Assembly: GCA_024229395.1 (NCBI GenBank)
Contig: JAAESM010000085.1
Location: forward strand, 10,720 to 74,719
Direction: 5' to 3'
Origin: Planctomycetota bacterium
Lineage (GTDB): Bacteria > Planctomycetota > UBA1135
Length of the DNA: 64,000 bases
Position 1 is the first letter of the stretch. Each line of letters starts with the position of its first letter. Below the pieces are notes generated by a model that did not search any database, was not told the origin of the DNA, and worked only from the letters and a program-made list of their open reading frames with translations. Shown here in pieces: positions 1-9,270 of this stretch. The position numbers and the translations under genes are program-made.

Positions 1-594
1 GTTATCGACATCGATACGCAGCATCTTGCCAAGCAGCGAGTTGCCGTTTTGTGCGCGGTTACCTGGGTCACCGGCAGAGCCGCCATCACCAGTACCGATG
101 TACAGGTAGCCATCGGGGCCGAAACGGATGTCACCACCGTTGTGGTTCGAGTATGGCTGGCTGATCGTCATGATGATCTGCGCCGAGTTTGGATTCACGA
201 CATCTGGGTTCGAGGAAACCGTGTAGCGCGCGACCACCGTGCTACCACCATTATTGGTGTAGTTGACGAACACCCAACCGGTGTTGTCGTAGTCAGGGTG
301 GAAAGCCATACCGAGCAGTCCGCGTTCGCCACCAGAGCTGTTCAAGGCCTGCACATCGAGGAAGTGCGTGCCCAACATGGTGCCGTTTTTGACCACACGG
401 ACGGTGCCGCGCTGTTCAACAATGAAGATTCGGTCCGAATCACCAGGTGCGTGGGTCACCAGGAGCGGCTGAGAGAGGCCTGAGGCCACTGTGACGCTAT
501 CTAGTTCGACTTGCGCACTAGCCTGGGGGCTAGAACCAAGAAAAGCCAGGCTGAGAACCAAGCTTGAAAGTAAAAACTGTGGAGTTGAGTTCAT
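1..594 (-). CDS. PQQ-dependent sugar dehydrogenase (glucose/sorbosone dehydrogenase family), N-terminal part; runs off the window edge
   Basis: Manual minus-strand translation (absent from the ORF track): signal peptide MNSTPQFLLSSLVLSLAF, then ERGLLGMAFHPDY, NHNGGDIRFGPDGYLYIGTGDGG and LLGKMLRIDVD. Confidence 0.88.
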   Translation of the reverse strand, partial: MNSTPQFLLSSLVLSLAFLGSSPQASAQVELDSVTVASGLSQPLLVTHAPGDSDRIFIVEQRGTVRVVKNGTMLGTHFLDVQALNSSGGERGLLGMAFHPDYDNTGWVFVNYTNNGGSTVVARYTVSSNPDVVNPNSAQIIMTISQPYSNHNGGDIRFGPDGYLYIGTGDGGSAGDPGNRAQNGNSLLGKMLRIDVDN

Positions 595-676
595 GAGCTG
601 AGGTATTAAAAATACCAGAAACCAGAACATTTCGCCTGGAAATGCCTGAACTACGTACAATTTCTCGATTGCCCAG

Positions 677-1216
677 ATGAAAACCGCCCTGCTCCTCGTT
701 CTAATTTGCGCCTTGCCGAGCTTGGCCTGTTCCAGCGATTCCAAAACCGCTACTGAGCCCACCATGACTGCCGAAGAAACCGCCCCACCCTCCGACACCC
801 CGGAATCTGCCAGCGAGCAACGCGTTGTCCGCACCGAGGCCGAATGGCGCGAATTGCTCACCCCAGAGCAATATCACATCACCCGCGAGGCCGGCACCGA
901 ACGCCCATTCAGCGGCGATTACTGGGACAAAAACGACGTAGGCACTTACGAATGCATAGGTTGCAACCAAAACCTATTCCTATCGAACACCAAGTTCGAC
1001 GCCGGCTGTGGTTGGCCTAGCTTCTTTGAGCCGGCTACGGAAGGAGCCGTGATTTACCTGGAAGACCGCAGTTTGGCACCACGGATCCGCACTGAGATCC
1101 GTTGCAGCCGCTGTGACGGGCACCTGGGCCATGTCTTTGACGACGGCCCGCCTCCTACCGGCAAGCGTTACTGCCTGAATTCAGGCGCGATGCTGTTCAA
1201 GCCTGCCGAGGAATAA
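677..1216 (+). CDS. msrB: Peptide-methionine (R)-S-oxide reductase MsrB with lipoprotein-like signal
   Basis: GTERPF, CxxC zinc pairs, [23 protein letters not shown]; N-terminal LSLAC-type lipobox. Confidence 0.95.
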   Translation: MKTALLLVLICALPSLACSSDSKTATEPTMTAEETAPPSDTPESASEQRVVRTEAEWRELLTPEQYHITREAGTERPFSGDYWDKNDVGTYECIGCNQNLFLSNTKFDAGCGWPSFFEPATEGAVIYLEDRSLAPRIRTEIRCSRCDGHLGHVFDDGPPPTGKRYCLNSGAMLFKPAEE

Positions 1217-1323
1217 AAAAGAAAAAACCAGCGACCGTTTCCGGTCGCTGGTTTCCTTTCCCCTTGCTACTTCTAGAGGTCGCCATCCCCAGCGACTTTC
1301 TAGTGGAATAACCCATGCGCAGC
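1216..1323 (-). ncRNA. Candidate small RNA (~105 nt) with several GGA motifs
   Basis: Sigma28-like promoter upstream, internal hairpin with GGGGAUG loop, ends in a terminator with a long U tract on the minus strand. Confidence 0.3.
1225..1254. terminator. Intrinsic terminator, bidirectional
   Basis: 13-bp perfect stem AAACCAGCGACCG / CGGTCGCTGGTTT with a long A tract upstream and a T-rich tract downstream. Confidence 0.8.
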
Positions 1324-1330
1324 AACTATC

Positions 1331-1358
1331 CCATCGGCCAGGAATAAGGTCGAATTTA
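1331..1358 (-). promoter_or_regulatory. Sigma28 (FliA/SigD)-like promoter
   Basis: Minus strand TAAA-N16-GCCGATGG versus consensus TAAA-N15/16-GCCGATAA. Confidence 0.4.
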
Positions 1359-1421
1359 GGGAAATTTTGATTTATTTTGCAATTTTGTAACCAAGCCCCT
1401 AATGCATTGAAAATAAAGCAC

Positions 1422-2360
1422 TTATGCTTTGCGCCAAATTCCGGCTAACCACCGCCCACGGCCAATACGCTCCTCGAACTCAAGGCCCTGTTCAGCCATA
1501 GCCTGCGCTGTGGCCGCCCAATGCCTGCGCAAAATACCGCCAGCGAGCAATTGGCCCCTAGGTTCAACGAAATTCGCAAGGTTGCCAGCTCCAATCTGGA
1601 GGATGTCCGCAACCAGATTGGCCATGACGGCCGGCCATTGTCCGGCGGCACTCTCGAAACCACCGCGCCAGAAGTGACATTGGCTGGCCACACCGTTCAT
1701 TTCAGCCATAGCATTGGCTTGGGCTGCGCTAAACGGATCGGGATCCATGCCAGTAACCTCTCTCACCCCCCCCAAGGCTGCCGCAACTGCCAGGATCCCT
1801 GATCCTGTCCCTACATCAAGAAGACGAGGCGGCGGTCCAGCGACACACCATTTCTGCAAAGTCTTCAGAGCCAAGCGGGTGGTTGGGTGCGTGCCAGTCC
1901 CGAAGGCGGAACCGGTCTTGAGGCGCAGCGGAATATCGCCGGGTTTGCAGGGCAGGTCCTCGAGCGGCTGGAAATCGGCGTGAACGACATAGTGCCCACA
2001 ACGAAATGGCTTCCACTGCGCCTGCCAATCACTGACCTCGAAGTGCTTCTCCAAACCGTGTTGTTGCTCGGTGAAGCTCCAATCCTCACCCGCAACACCA
2101 AGGTCCTTAATCCAAACAGGCAGCGCGGAGCGGAAAGTGCTGGCCTGGGCAAGCTCCAGCAGCACGCGCAGTTCGGTGCCTAAGGCTGGTGCATCGATAT
2201 CGGTGTCGACGGCACCAAGTGGATAAGAGGTCTCGCCGATGGCGCTGCCGAAGCCATGCTCACTAATCAGCCAAGTGAGGCTTTCCTCCCACATGGACGG
2301 CAGCGTGATGCGGAACAGCACCTTCTGCGTGGGGTCCAATGGCGAAGCGGAGGAACTCAC
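1422..2360 (-). CDS. prmA: Ribosomal protein L11 methyltransferase
   Basis: AFGTGTHPTTRL and LLDVGTGSGILA motifs. Confidence 0.85.
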   Translation of the reverse strand: MSSSASPLDPTQKVLFRITLPSMWEESLTWLISEHGFGSAIGETSYPLGAVDTDIDAPALGTELRVLLELAQASTFRSALPVWIKDLGVAGEDWSFTEQQHGLEKHFEVSDWQAQWKPFRCGHYVVHADFQPLEDLPCKPGDIPLRLKTGSAFGTGTHPTTRLALKTLQKWCVAGPPPRLLDVGTGSGILAVAAALGGVREVTGMDPDPFSAAQANAMAEMNGVASQCHFWRGGFESAAGQWPAVMANLVADILQIGAGNLANFVEPRGQLLAGGILRRHWAATAQAMAEQGLEFEERIGRGRWLAGIWRKA

Positions 2361-2381
2361 GGTGCTCTACCATACCCATCC
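2361..2381. promoter_or_regulatory. Bidirectional leaderless promoter between prmA and nth
   Basis: TACCAT (+, 2368-2373) overlaps TATGGT (-, 2374-2369); each lies 8 nt from its start codon. Confidence 0.5.
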
Positions 2382-3071
2382 ATGGCTGCTCCAACCCTGC
2401 CTCGCAAACGAAACGCCGATTTCCCGTCACGCGAGAGTCTGACTGCACAACGCGCGCGCGCAGCAACGGTGATGGAGCGCTTGCTGGATCACTTTCCTGA
2501 AACGCGCACTGCGTTGGATTGGAAGACGCCCTTCGAGTTGTTGATCGCGACCATTCTTTCTGCGCAATGCACCGACGTGCGCGTGAACAAGGTCACCCCG
2601 GAGTTGTTCCGACGCTTCCCGGATCCGGCTGCCATGAGCAAGGCCACGCAGGAGCAGTTGGAAGAATTGGTGCGCACCACGGGGTTCTTTCGCAACAAAG
2701 CCAAGAGTCTGTTGGGAACGGCCAAGCGCTTGATGGAAGTATTTGACGGTGAGGTGCCGCAAACCATGAAGGAGTTGCTGACCTTGCCGGGAGTGGCGCG
2801 CAAGACTGCCAACTGCGTGCTCGGTACTTGCTTTGGCATTAAGGTCGGCGTGGTGGTCGACACCCACGTGGGTCGAATCTCACGGCGTTTGGGATTCACC
2901 CGCGAAGCGGATCCGGTCAAGGTCGAGCGCGATCTGATGAAGGTGTTCGAGCAGGAACTTTGGGTCAAGGTCAGTCACAGCATGATCGATCATGGCCGCG
3001 AGACCTGCACGGCGCGGACGGCGCGCTGTGAGGGTTGTCTGCTGGCGGATATATGCCCGCAGCGGATTTGA
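2382..3071 (+). CDS. nth: Endonuclease III
   Basis: LIATILSAQCTD, HhH LPGVARKTAN, VDTHV, C-terminal Cx6Cx2Cx5C 4Fe-4S motif; start moved to ATG 2382 to avoid overlap with prmA. Confidence 0.95.
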   Translation: MAAPTLPRKRNADFPSRESLTAQRARAATVMERLLDHFPETRTALDWKTPFELLIATILSAQCTDVRVNKVTPELFRRFPDPAAMSKATQEQLEELVRTTGFFRNKAKSLLGTAKRLMEVFDGEVPQTMKELLTLPGVARKTANCVLGTCFGIKVGVVVDTHVGRISRRLGFTREADPVKVERDLMKVFEQELWVKVSHSMIDHGRETCTARTARCEGCLLADICPQRI

Positions 3072-3196
3072 GTCGCGCGTGGTGCGGACTGCAGCGGAGT
3101 TGAGTCAATCCGATTGCTGGTCACACGGGTTGGAGCCGACTTTGAGCCAGATTTCGCCTTCACCAAGACTGTTTTCACACCGAAAAGGCAGGAATC

Positions 3197-3232
3197 TGCC
3201 AGTTGACGCAAACTGGCAAACTTTGCTAAAAT
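3197..3232 (+). promoter_or_regulatory. Sigma70 promoter with a palindromic operator upstream of the MerR-icmF operon
   Basis: TTGACG-N18-TAAAAT, 6 nt before the ATG; inverted repeat TGCCAGTT-N6-AACTGGCA (3197-3218) overlaps the -35. Confidence 0.65.
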
Positions 3233-3238
3233 CCACGG

Positions 3239-3637
3239 ATGGCGTCAGCAGAACGTACCTTCGACATCGCCACTCTAGCTCAGGAAGGCGGTGTAAGCTC
3301 CCGTACCATAAGGTATTACGGAGAGCTTGGGTTGTTGGCTGCTGAGTCGCGCGGGCCCGGAGGACGTCGGCAATATGGTGCCGATGCCCTGGAGCGCCTG
3401 CGATTCATCACGCGCCTGAAGAAACTCGGCCTGAGCCTCGGTGAGATCGCCGAGTTGAACAAGACCTTTGGCTCTGGCGCCACGCCTGCCATGCTTTCGC
3501 ATCTTGATGAGCTGCTCAACACCCGCTTGGTGGAAGTCGCCGAGCGCATTGAAGATTTGCACGCCCTACAGACGGACCTGCAAAGTTACCTTGACCGCAT
3601 TCGCGTGAAGTCCGGCCAACCGTCGGCACCGGAATAG
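3239..3637 (+). CDS. MerR-family transcriptional regulator
   Basis: N-terminal HTH with [31 protein letters not shown]-terminal coiled coil. Confidence 0.92.
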   Translation: MASAERTFDIATLAQEGGVSSRTIRYYGELGLLAAESRGPGGRRQYGADALERLRFITRLKKLGLSLGEIAELNKTFGSGATPAMLSHLDELLNTRLVEVAERIEDLHALQTDLQSYLDRIRVKSGQPSAPE

Positions 3638-3642
3638 ACCTC

Positions 3643-6600
3643 ATGACTACCAAAACCGAATCCGTGAACTCCAACGAACAGGAATTCTCCACTGCCAACA
3701 AGCTGCGTTTCGTGACGGCGGCATCATTGTTCGATGGCCATGATGCCGCGATCAACATCATGCGCCGTATCCTGCAGCAGGAAGGCGCCGAGGTCATTCA
3801 CCTTGGTCACAACCGCAGTGTCGAAGAGATCGTCGAGTCCGCCATCGAGGAAGATGCGCAAGGTATCGCAATCTCTTCCTATCAAGGTGGTCACGTCGAG
3901 TTCTTCAAGTACATGGTCGAGTTGTTGGCCGAGCGCGGTTGCAGTCATATCCGCGTCTTCGGTGGTGGCGGCGGCACCATCACCGATAGTGAGATCAAGG
4001 AGTTGCATGCTGCTGGTGTGGAACGTTTGTACTCGGTCGAAGATGGTCGACTGATGGGTTTGGTGGGCATGATTCGCGACATGCTGAAGCGCGCTGATTT
4101 CGCCACCGCAGAAGCCGATACCGAAATCCCTGCTGGTCTCCCCCATCGTCAAGCACCTGCAGTCGCGCAGACCATCTCGATTATCGAGAAGTTGCACGAT
4201 GAAGAATGCCCTGCCGAGCAGAAGAAGCGCCTGGAGGAATTAAACGCAGGTTTTGAGGCTTCGTTGGATAAGAACTCACCGATGGTCTTGGGTATCACCG
4301 GCACGGGTGGTGCAGGCAAGTCATCGTTGACCGATGAACTTGTGCGCCGTTTCCTCGATCGTTTCCCGGCGCGCACAATCGGCATCTTGTCGGTCGACCC
4401 CAGCCGCCGACGTACTGGTGGTGCTTTGCTCGGCGACCGCATTCGCATGAATGCCGCCAAAGGTCCACGCGTCTTCATGCGCTCGATGGCCACGCGCCGC
4501 GCCCACGCTGCCACTTCGGAATCGGTGCGTGATTCGCTGTTGGCGATGCGCGCAGCCGGTTACGACTTGGTGATCCTTGAGACTGCTGGAATCGGCCAGA
4601 GTGATTCCGCGGTGACCGACCTGTGCGATATGTCCTTGTACGTGATGACTCCGGAGTTCGGGGCGCCCACCCAACTCGAGAAGATCGACATGCTCGACTT
4701 CGCCGATGGCGTCGTGCTCAATAAGGCCGACAAGCGCGGCGCAGAAGATGCACGCCGAGAAGTCGCCAAGACCGTGCAACGCAACCGCCAGATGTTCGAG
4801 ACCGACCTGGATGACATGCCGGTATTCCTGACTGCAGCGAGTCGCTTCGGTGACCTTGGTGTCGATGAGTTATTCCAGTGGTTGATGGTCCAAGTCGCCG
4901 AACGCACTGGCCGCGATTGGGATCCTGGCGAAGCACCGCAACGCAACTCCGATGTGCACACGGTGGTGCCCTCCGAGCGCATCCGTTATCTGTCGGAGAT
5001 TTCCGCCGCGGTGCGTAAGCACAAGGCCGATACCGATTGCGCTGCCGAACTAGCCGGGCGTGCCGATTCCCTGGCCCGTGTGTTGCGTGAGTTCGGTGAT
5101 GATGTGCCTGTCATCGATTCGGAATACTCCGCCGATGACCTGCTTGATTCTGAGGTGGCGCCGGAGATCCTGATCCTGCGTCAGCGTTATCAGGAAGTAC
5201 TCCACAGCATGGATCGCGACTTGCGCAAGCAACTCGCCGAGTGGCATCAAATGCGTGACCAATACGCACAAGACGACTTCGTCTACCAGGTGCGCGGCCG
5301 TGAAGTTCATGTTCCAGCCCAACATGTGACCCTTTCCGGCTTGAAGGTGCCGAAGGTTTCCTTGCCGAAAACCAATAGCTGGGAAGAACTGGCACAGTGG
5401 TTCGGCTTGGAGAACTTGCCTGGTCATTACCCCTACACCGCGGGCGTGTTCCCATTCAAGCGCGCCGGTGAAGATCCAACGCGCATGTTCGCCGGTGAAG
5501 GTACCGCCGAACGCACCAACCGTCGCTTCCATTACGTAAGCCATGGCCAGCCAGCCGTACGCCTATCAACGGCCTTCGACTCGGTGACCTTGTACGGCGA
5601 AGACCCTGCAGTGCGCCCTGACATCCTTGGCAAGGTCGGCAACGCCGGAGTTTCCATCTGCTCTTTGGATGACGCCAAGCGCCTCTATTCGGGATTCGAC
5701 TTATGCGCGCCAACCACTTCGGTGTCGATGACCATCAACGGCCCGGCGCCGATGATGTTGGCTTTCTTCCTAAACGCCGCCATCGATCAACTGGTCGAGC
5801 GCCGCTTGAAGGAAACCGGTCGTTGGGAAGACGCGCAGAAGAAGATCGACGAACTATGCCACGGCCAACAGCCGACTTACCGCACCGACTTGCCACCTGG
5901 GCATGACGGTTTCGGCCTGGGCACCCTTGGTGTCTCCGGCGACAAGCTGATTCCCGCCGACGAATACGCCGAGCTGCGCACACAGGCATTGCAGTCCGTG
6001 CGCGGCACCGTACAGGCCGACATTCTCAAGGAGGATCAGGCACAGAACACCTGCATCTTCTCGACCGAGTTCGCACTCAAGATCATGGGCGATGTGCAGG
6101 AGTTCTTTGTCGACGAAGCCGTGCGCAACTTCTACTCAGTATCGATTTCCGGCTATCACATTGCCGAAGCCGGTGCGAATCCGATCTCCCAACTCGCCTT
6201 CACGCTCGCCAACGGCTTCACCTTCGTGGAGTACTACTTGGCGCGCGGCATGGACATCGACAGCTTCGCACCGAACCTGTCGTTCTTCTTCTCCAACGGC
6301 ATCGATGCCGAGTACTCGGTGATCGGTCGCGTGGCACGACGCATCTGGGCGGTGGCCATGAAGAACCTCTACGGCGGTGCCGACCGCTCGCAGAAACTCA
6401 AGTATCACATCCAGACCAGCGGTCGTTCCCTGCACGCGCAGGAGATCGACTTCAACGACATTCGCACCACCCTGCAGGCCTTGTACGCGATCTACGACAA
6501 CTGCCAAAGTTTGCACACCAACGCCTACGACGAAGCCATCACCACTCCGACCGAGGAATCAGTCCGCCGCGCCTTGGCGATCCAGTTGATCATCAACCGC

Positions 6601-7104
6601 GAGCTGGGTGAAGCCAAGAACGAGAACCCGTTGCAAGGCAGCTTCATCATCGAAGAACTCACAGAGTTAGTCGAAGAAGCCGTGCTTGCGGAGTTCGATC
6701 GATTGACCGATCGCGGCGGCGTGCTTGGTGCCATGGAAACCATGTACCAACGCGGCAAGATCCAAGAGGAGTCGATGAAATACGAGATGCAGAAGCACAG
6801 CGGCGAGCTACCGATTGTCGGTGTGAACACCTTCTTGAATCCGCATGCTAATGATGGCTCTGTGGTCGAAGTGGAACTGATTCGTTCCTCTGATGAAGAG
6901 AAGGATGGTCAGGTCGCGCAGGTCGCGCATCTGCATGAACTGCACCGCGCCGATTCCGAGGCTGCCTTGATCGCCTTGCGCAATGCCGCATCAGAAAACC
7001 GCAACGTGTTCGCCGAGATGATGGAAGCGGTGAAGGTCTGCACTTTGGGGCAGATCAGTCACGCCTTGTATGACATCGGCGGTCAGTATCGTCGCAACAT
7101 GTAA
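3643..7104 (+). CDS. icmF: Fused isobutyryl-CoA mutase / MeaI GTPase (cobalamin-dependent)
   Basis: B12-binding [10 protein letters not shown]-loop GTGGAGKSS, mutase domain with RMFAGEG (Phe specificity residue); 1153 aa. Confidence 0.95.
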   Translation: MTTKTESVNSNEQEFSTANKLRFVTAASLFDGHDAAINIMRRILQQEGAEVIHLGHNRSVEEIVESAIEEDAQGIAISSYQGGHVEFFKYMVELLAERGCSHIRVFGGGGGTITDSEIKELHAAGVERLYSVEDGRLMGLVGMIRDMLKRADFATAEADTEIPAGLPHRQAPAVAQTISIIEKLHDEECPAEQKKRLEELNAGFEASLDKNSPMVLGITGTGGAGKSSLTDELVRRFLDRFPARTIGILSVDPSRRRTGGALLGDRIRMNAAKGPRVFMRSMATRRAHAATSESVRDSLLAMRAAGYDLVILETAGIGQSDSAVTDLCDMSLYVMTPEFGAPTQLEKIDMLDFADGVVLNKADKRGAEDARREVAKTVQRNRQMFETDLDDMPVFLTAASRFGDLGVDELFQWLMVQVAERTGRDWDPGEAPQRNSDVHTVVPSERIRYLSEISAAVRKHKADTDCAAELAGRADSLARVLREFGDDVPVIDSEYSADDLLDSEVAPEILILRQRYQEVLHSMDRDLRKQLAEWHQMRDQYAQDDFVYQVRGREVHVPAQHVTLSGLKVPKVSLPKTNSWEELAQWFGLENLPGHYPYTAGVFPFKRAGEDPTRMFAGEGTAERTNRRFHYVSHGQPAVRLSTAFDSVTLYGEDPAVRPDILGKVGNAGVSICSLDDAKRLYSGFDLCAPTTSVSMTINGPAPMMLAFFLNAAIDQLVERRLKETGRWEDAQKKIDELCHGQQPTYRTDLPPGHDGFGLGTLGVSGDKLIPADEYAELRTQALQSVRGTVQADILKEDQAQNTCIFSTEFALKIMGDVQEFFVDEAVRNFYSVSISGYHIAEAGANPISQLAFTLANGFTFVEYYLARGMDIDSFAPNLSFFFSNGIDAEYSVIGRVARRIWAVAMKNLYGGADRSQKLKYHIQTSGRSLHAQEIDFNDIRTTLQALYAIYDNCQSLHTNAYDEAITTPTEESVRRALAIQLIINRELGEAKNENPLQGSFIIEELTELVEEAVLAEFDRLTDRGGVLGAMETMYQRGKIQEESMKYEMQKHSGELPIVGVNTFLNPHANDGSVVEVELIRSSDEEKDGQVAQVAHLHELHRADSEAALIALRNAASENRNVFAEMMEAVKVCTLGQISHALYDIGGQYRRNM

Positions 7105-7110
7105 GCGCGA

Positions 7111-9213
7111 TCAACGCGGGAATGCACCAGGCACACCACCATCCACTGGCAACACCGCGCCAGTGGTCGGTGTGCGGTTCGCGGCGAAGAACAACACCGC
7201 GCGGCCGACATCCTCGGCGGTCACTTCAGCCTTAAGCAAGTTGCGTTGCTGATAGAAGTCTTCCAATTCAGCCGAACTCAAGCCGCGCGACTTGGCACGG
7301 TCCGGCCCCACCTCAGCCCACAGACCGGAAGGGTTGTCGCCACAGCGGAAGACCGCATCGGGACAGACCATGTTGACATGGATGCCATGCTCGGCGAGTT
7401 CCAAGGCCGCAATCTTGGCCAACTGATGGGCGCCCGCCTTACTGGCGCTGTAAGCACCGAAGTTCGCGCCTGGTGCAAGCACGTTCTTGGATGAGACCAA
7501 CACCACCGAGCCACCGGCGCCTTGGCAGCGCAACACTTTCGCGGCGGCCTGGATGGTCAACAGAACGCCGGTCTGATTGACATCGATTAAGCGCTGCCAG
7601 TCCTCGAGCTGCAACTCCTCCAGCGAAGCCACGTGGGCCAAGCCAGCATTCGGAACGACGATATCCATTCCACCGAATCGCTCACAAATCTGGTCCATGG
7701 CAGCGGCCATCGAATCGGCGCAAGTGACATTGGCAGCGACTGCCATCACCGCACCGCCTAAGCGTTGCGCGGCATCGTCAGCTAAGGATAATTCGAGATC
7801 CAACAGGGCGACGGCAGCTCCTGCATCAAGCAAGACACGCGCGATTCCTTCGCCGATCGCACCACCACCACCGGTGATCACTGCGACCTTGCCTTGCAGT
7901 TCCGGCGCCTTGGCTTTACCCAACTTGGCTTGTTCCAAGGACCAGTACTCCATGTCGAATAGGTCCATCTCACTCAAGCCTTCGAAAGCGCCTAGCTGCT
8001 GCGAAGCAACTTTGGTCAGCAGAGTGTGTTCAGCCAAGTCAGCGGCAATCGCTGCAGCTTTGGCATTGGCGCCTACACCGATCAAACCGTAACCACGCAG
8101 GTAGAAGACCCGCGGCATGGGATCCAGGGCGGTGCGTGGGCCGCGCGAAGCACAGCCGCGTTCGAAATATGCCCGGTAATCCTTGGCGTAGGTGGCCACC
8201 GCGGTTTGGACAGCCTGCTGGACTGCTAGCGCCTGGCCGTCCGCGCCCGAATCTGCGCGCTCAGGGTCCCGGTCAGCATGAGCTGGCAGCTCCAGCCAGC
8301 AGGGCTGATTCTTGGTGCGCAAACTATGGTCTGGCGTCAGCGGTGCGCTCTGCATGATTTCAGCTACGCCATCCCCCTCCAAAGCCGCCACGATCCACGC
8401 TGCTGCGCGGGTTTCCAGAACGAAGCGACCATCACCAGCCAAGGCGCCGCGCAGCACAGGCGTGACTTGTGAGGCTCTCCAGCAACGCATGTTCGCCACA
8501 GCGCTTTCCTCCGTAGTCAACAGGGCAACGCGCTCCTTCTCATATCGCTCAGTGGCCATCGCCACGAACTCGAAATGACGTTGTAGGGATTGCTCACCGC
8601 TGCCGCCGAAAGTGAACAAGCCGTGCTTATGCAGCAGCACTCCTTCCACATGCGGTTGCTCCTCGACCACCGCTGCCACCGCCTTAGCCAGCGGGAAGCC
8701 CGGCATCACGAATGGCAAATAAGCCACACGATCGCCAAAGACTTCGCGGCACAGCTCCTCTCCACCTTCGCGATCGGACAGGGCCAGGATTGCGTCGGCG
8801 TGGCTGTGGTCGACAAAACGATGCGGCAAGAAGGCATGCAGCAGGGCCTCGACCGAGGGTGTTGGGCTAGTCGGATCGAGCAGTGTCCGACGCACTTCGC
8901 GGACCATGTCCTCGTCACTGAGTTCCTCCAATACGCGCAGGGCACGCAGCTGCTCTAAATCACAAGCCGGTAAGCCAGGGGCTTCAATAGTGGCCAGGTC
9001 CCAACCGGAACCCTTGATCCAGATGCACGCCCGCCGCTTCCCCAGCAGGTCGACGTATTCGCCCTTGGCAGAGGTGTTACCGCCGCCATGCAAAACCATG
9101 GCTGGGTCGGCGCCGAGCAAGCGCGAGGTACGCACGCGTTCGGTCAGGATCGGATCGATGGAATCGGTGGAGTCTGCAGCCACGGGATCAGATGGTTCGC
9201 TGGGGGCTTCCAT
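7111..9213 (-). CDS. Bifunctional class II aldolase / short-chain dehydrogenase
   Basis: GGGNTSAK, PSVEALLH, HSHAD, EYWSLEQAKL, then SDR TGGGGAIG and YSASK. Confidence 0.9.
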   Translation of the reverse strand: MEAPSEPSDPVAADSTDSIDPILTERVRTSRLLGADPAMVLHGGGNTSAKGEYVDLLGKRRACIWIKGSGWDLATIEAPGLPACDLEQLRALRVLEELSDEDMVREVRRTLLDPTSPTPSVEALLHAFLPHRFVDHSHADAILALSDREGGEELCREVFGDRVAYLPFVMPGFPLAKAVAAVVEEQPHVEGVLLHKHGLFTFGGSGEQSLQRHFEFVAMATERYEKERVALLTTEESAVANMRCWRASQVTPVLRGALAGDGRFVLETRAAAWIVAALEGDGVAEIMQSAPLTPDHSLRTKNQPCWLELPAHADRDPERADSGADGQALAVQQAVQTAVATYAKDYRAYFERGCASRGPRTALDPMPRVFYLRGYGLIGVGANAKAAAIAADLAEHTLLTKVASQQLGAFEGLSEMDLFDMEYWSLEQAKLGKAKAPELQGKVAVITGGGGAIGEGIARVLLDAGAAVALLDLELSLADDAAQRLGGAVMAVAANVTCADSMAAAMDQICERFGGMDIVVPNAGLAHVASLEELQLEDWQRLIDVNQTGVLLTIQAAAKVLRCQGAGGSVVLVSSKNVLAPGANFGAYSASKAGAHQLAKIAALELAEHGIHVNMVCPDAVFRCGDNPSGLWAEVGPDRAKSRGLSSAELEDFYQQRNLLKAEVTAEDVGRAVLFFAANRTPTTGAVLPVDGGVPGAFPR

Positions 9214-9217
9214 AAGA

Positions 9218-9250
9218 AAAGCCCCCGCAGGTTAGACCTGCGGAGGCTTT
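9218..9250 (-). terminator. Intrinsic terminator after the large lipoprotein gene
   Basis: Stem AAAGCCCCCGCAGGT / ACCTGCGGAGGCTTT with a T tract on the minus strand. Confidence 0.7.
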
Positions 9251-9270
9251 CTGTGGTTCGTTGTCCTGGA

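Noticed and set aside
49-483. 144-aa plus-strand ORF
   Set aside because: Shadow of the minus-strand sugar dehydrogenase gene.
1197-1316. 39-aa minus-strand ORF (MGYSTRKSLG...) in the candidate sRNA
   Set aside because: It runs through the terminator U tract and into msrB, so it is unlikely to be translated.
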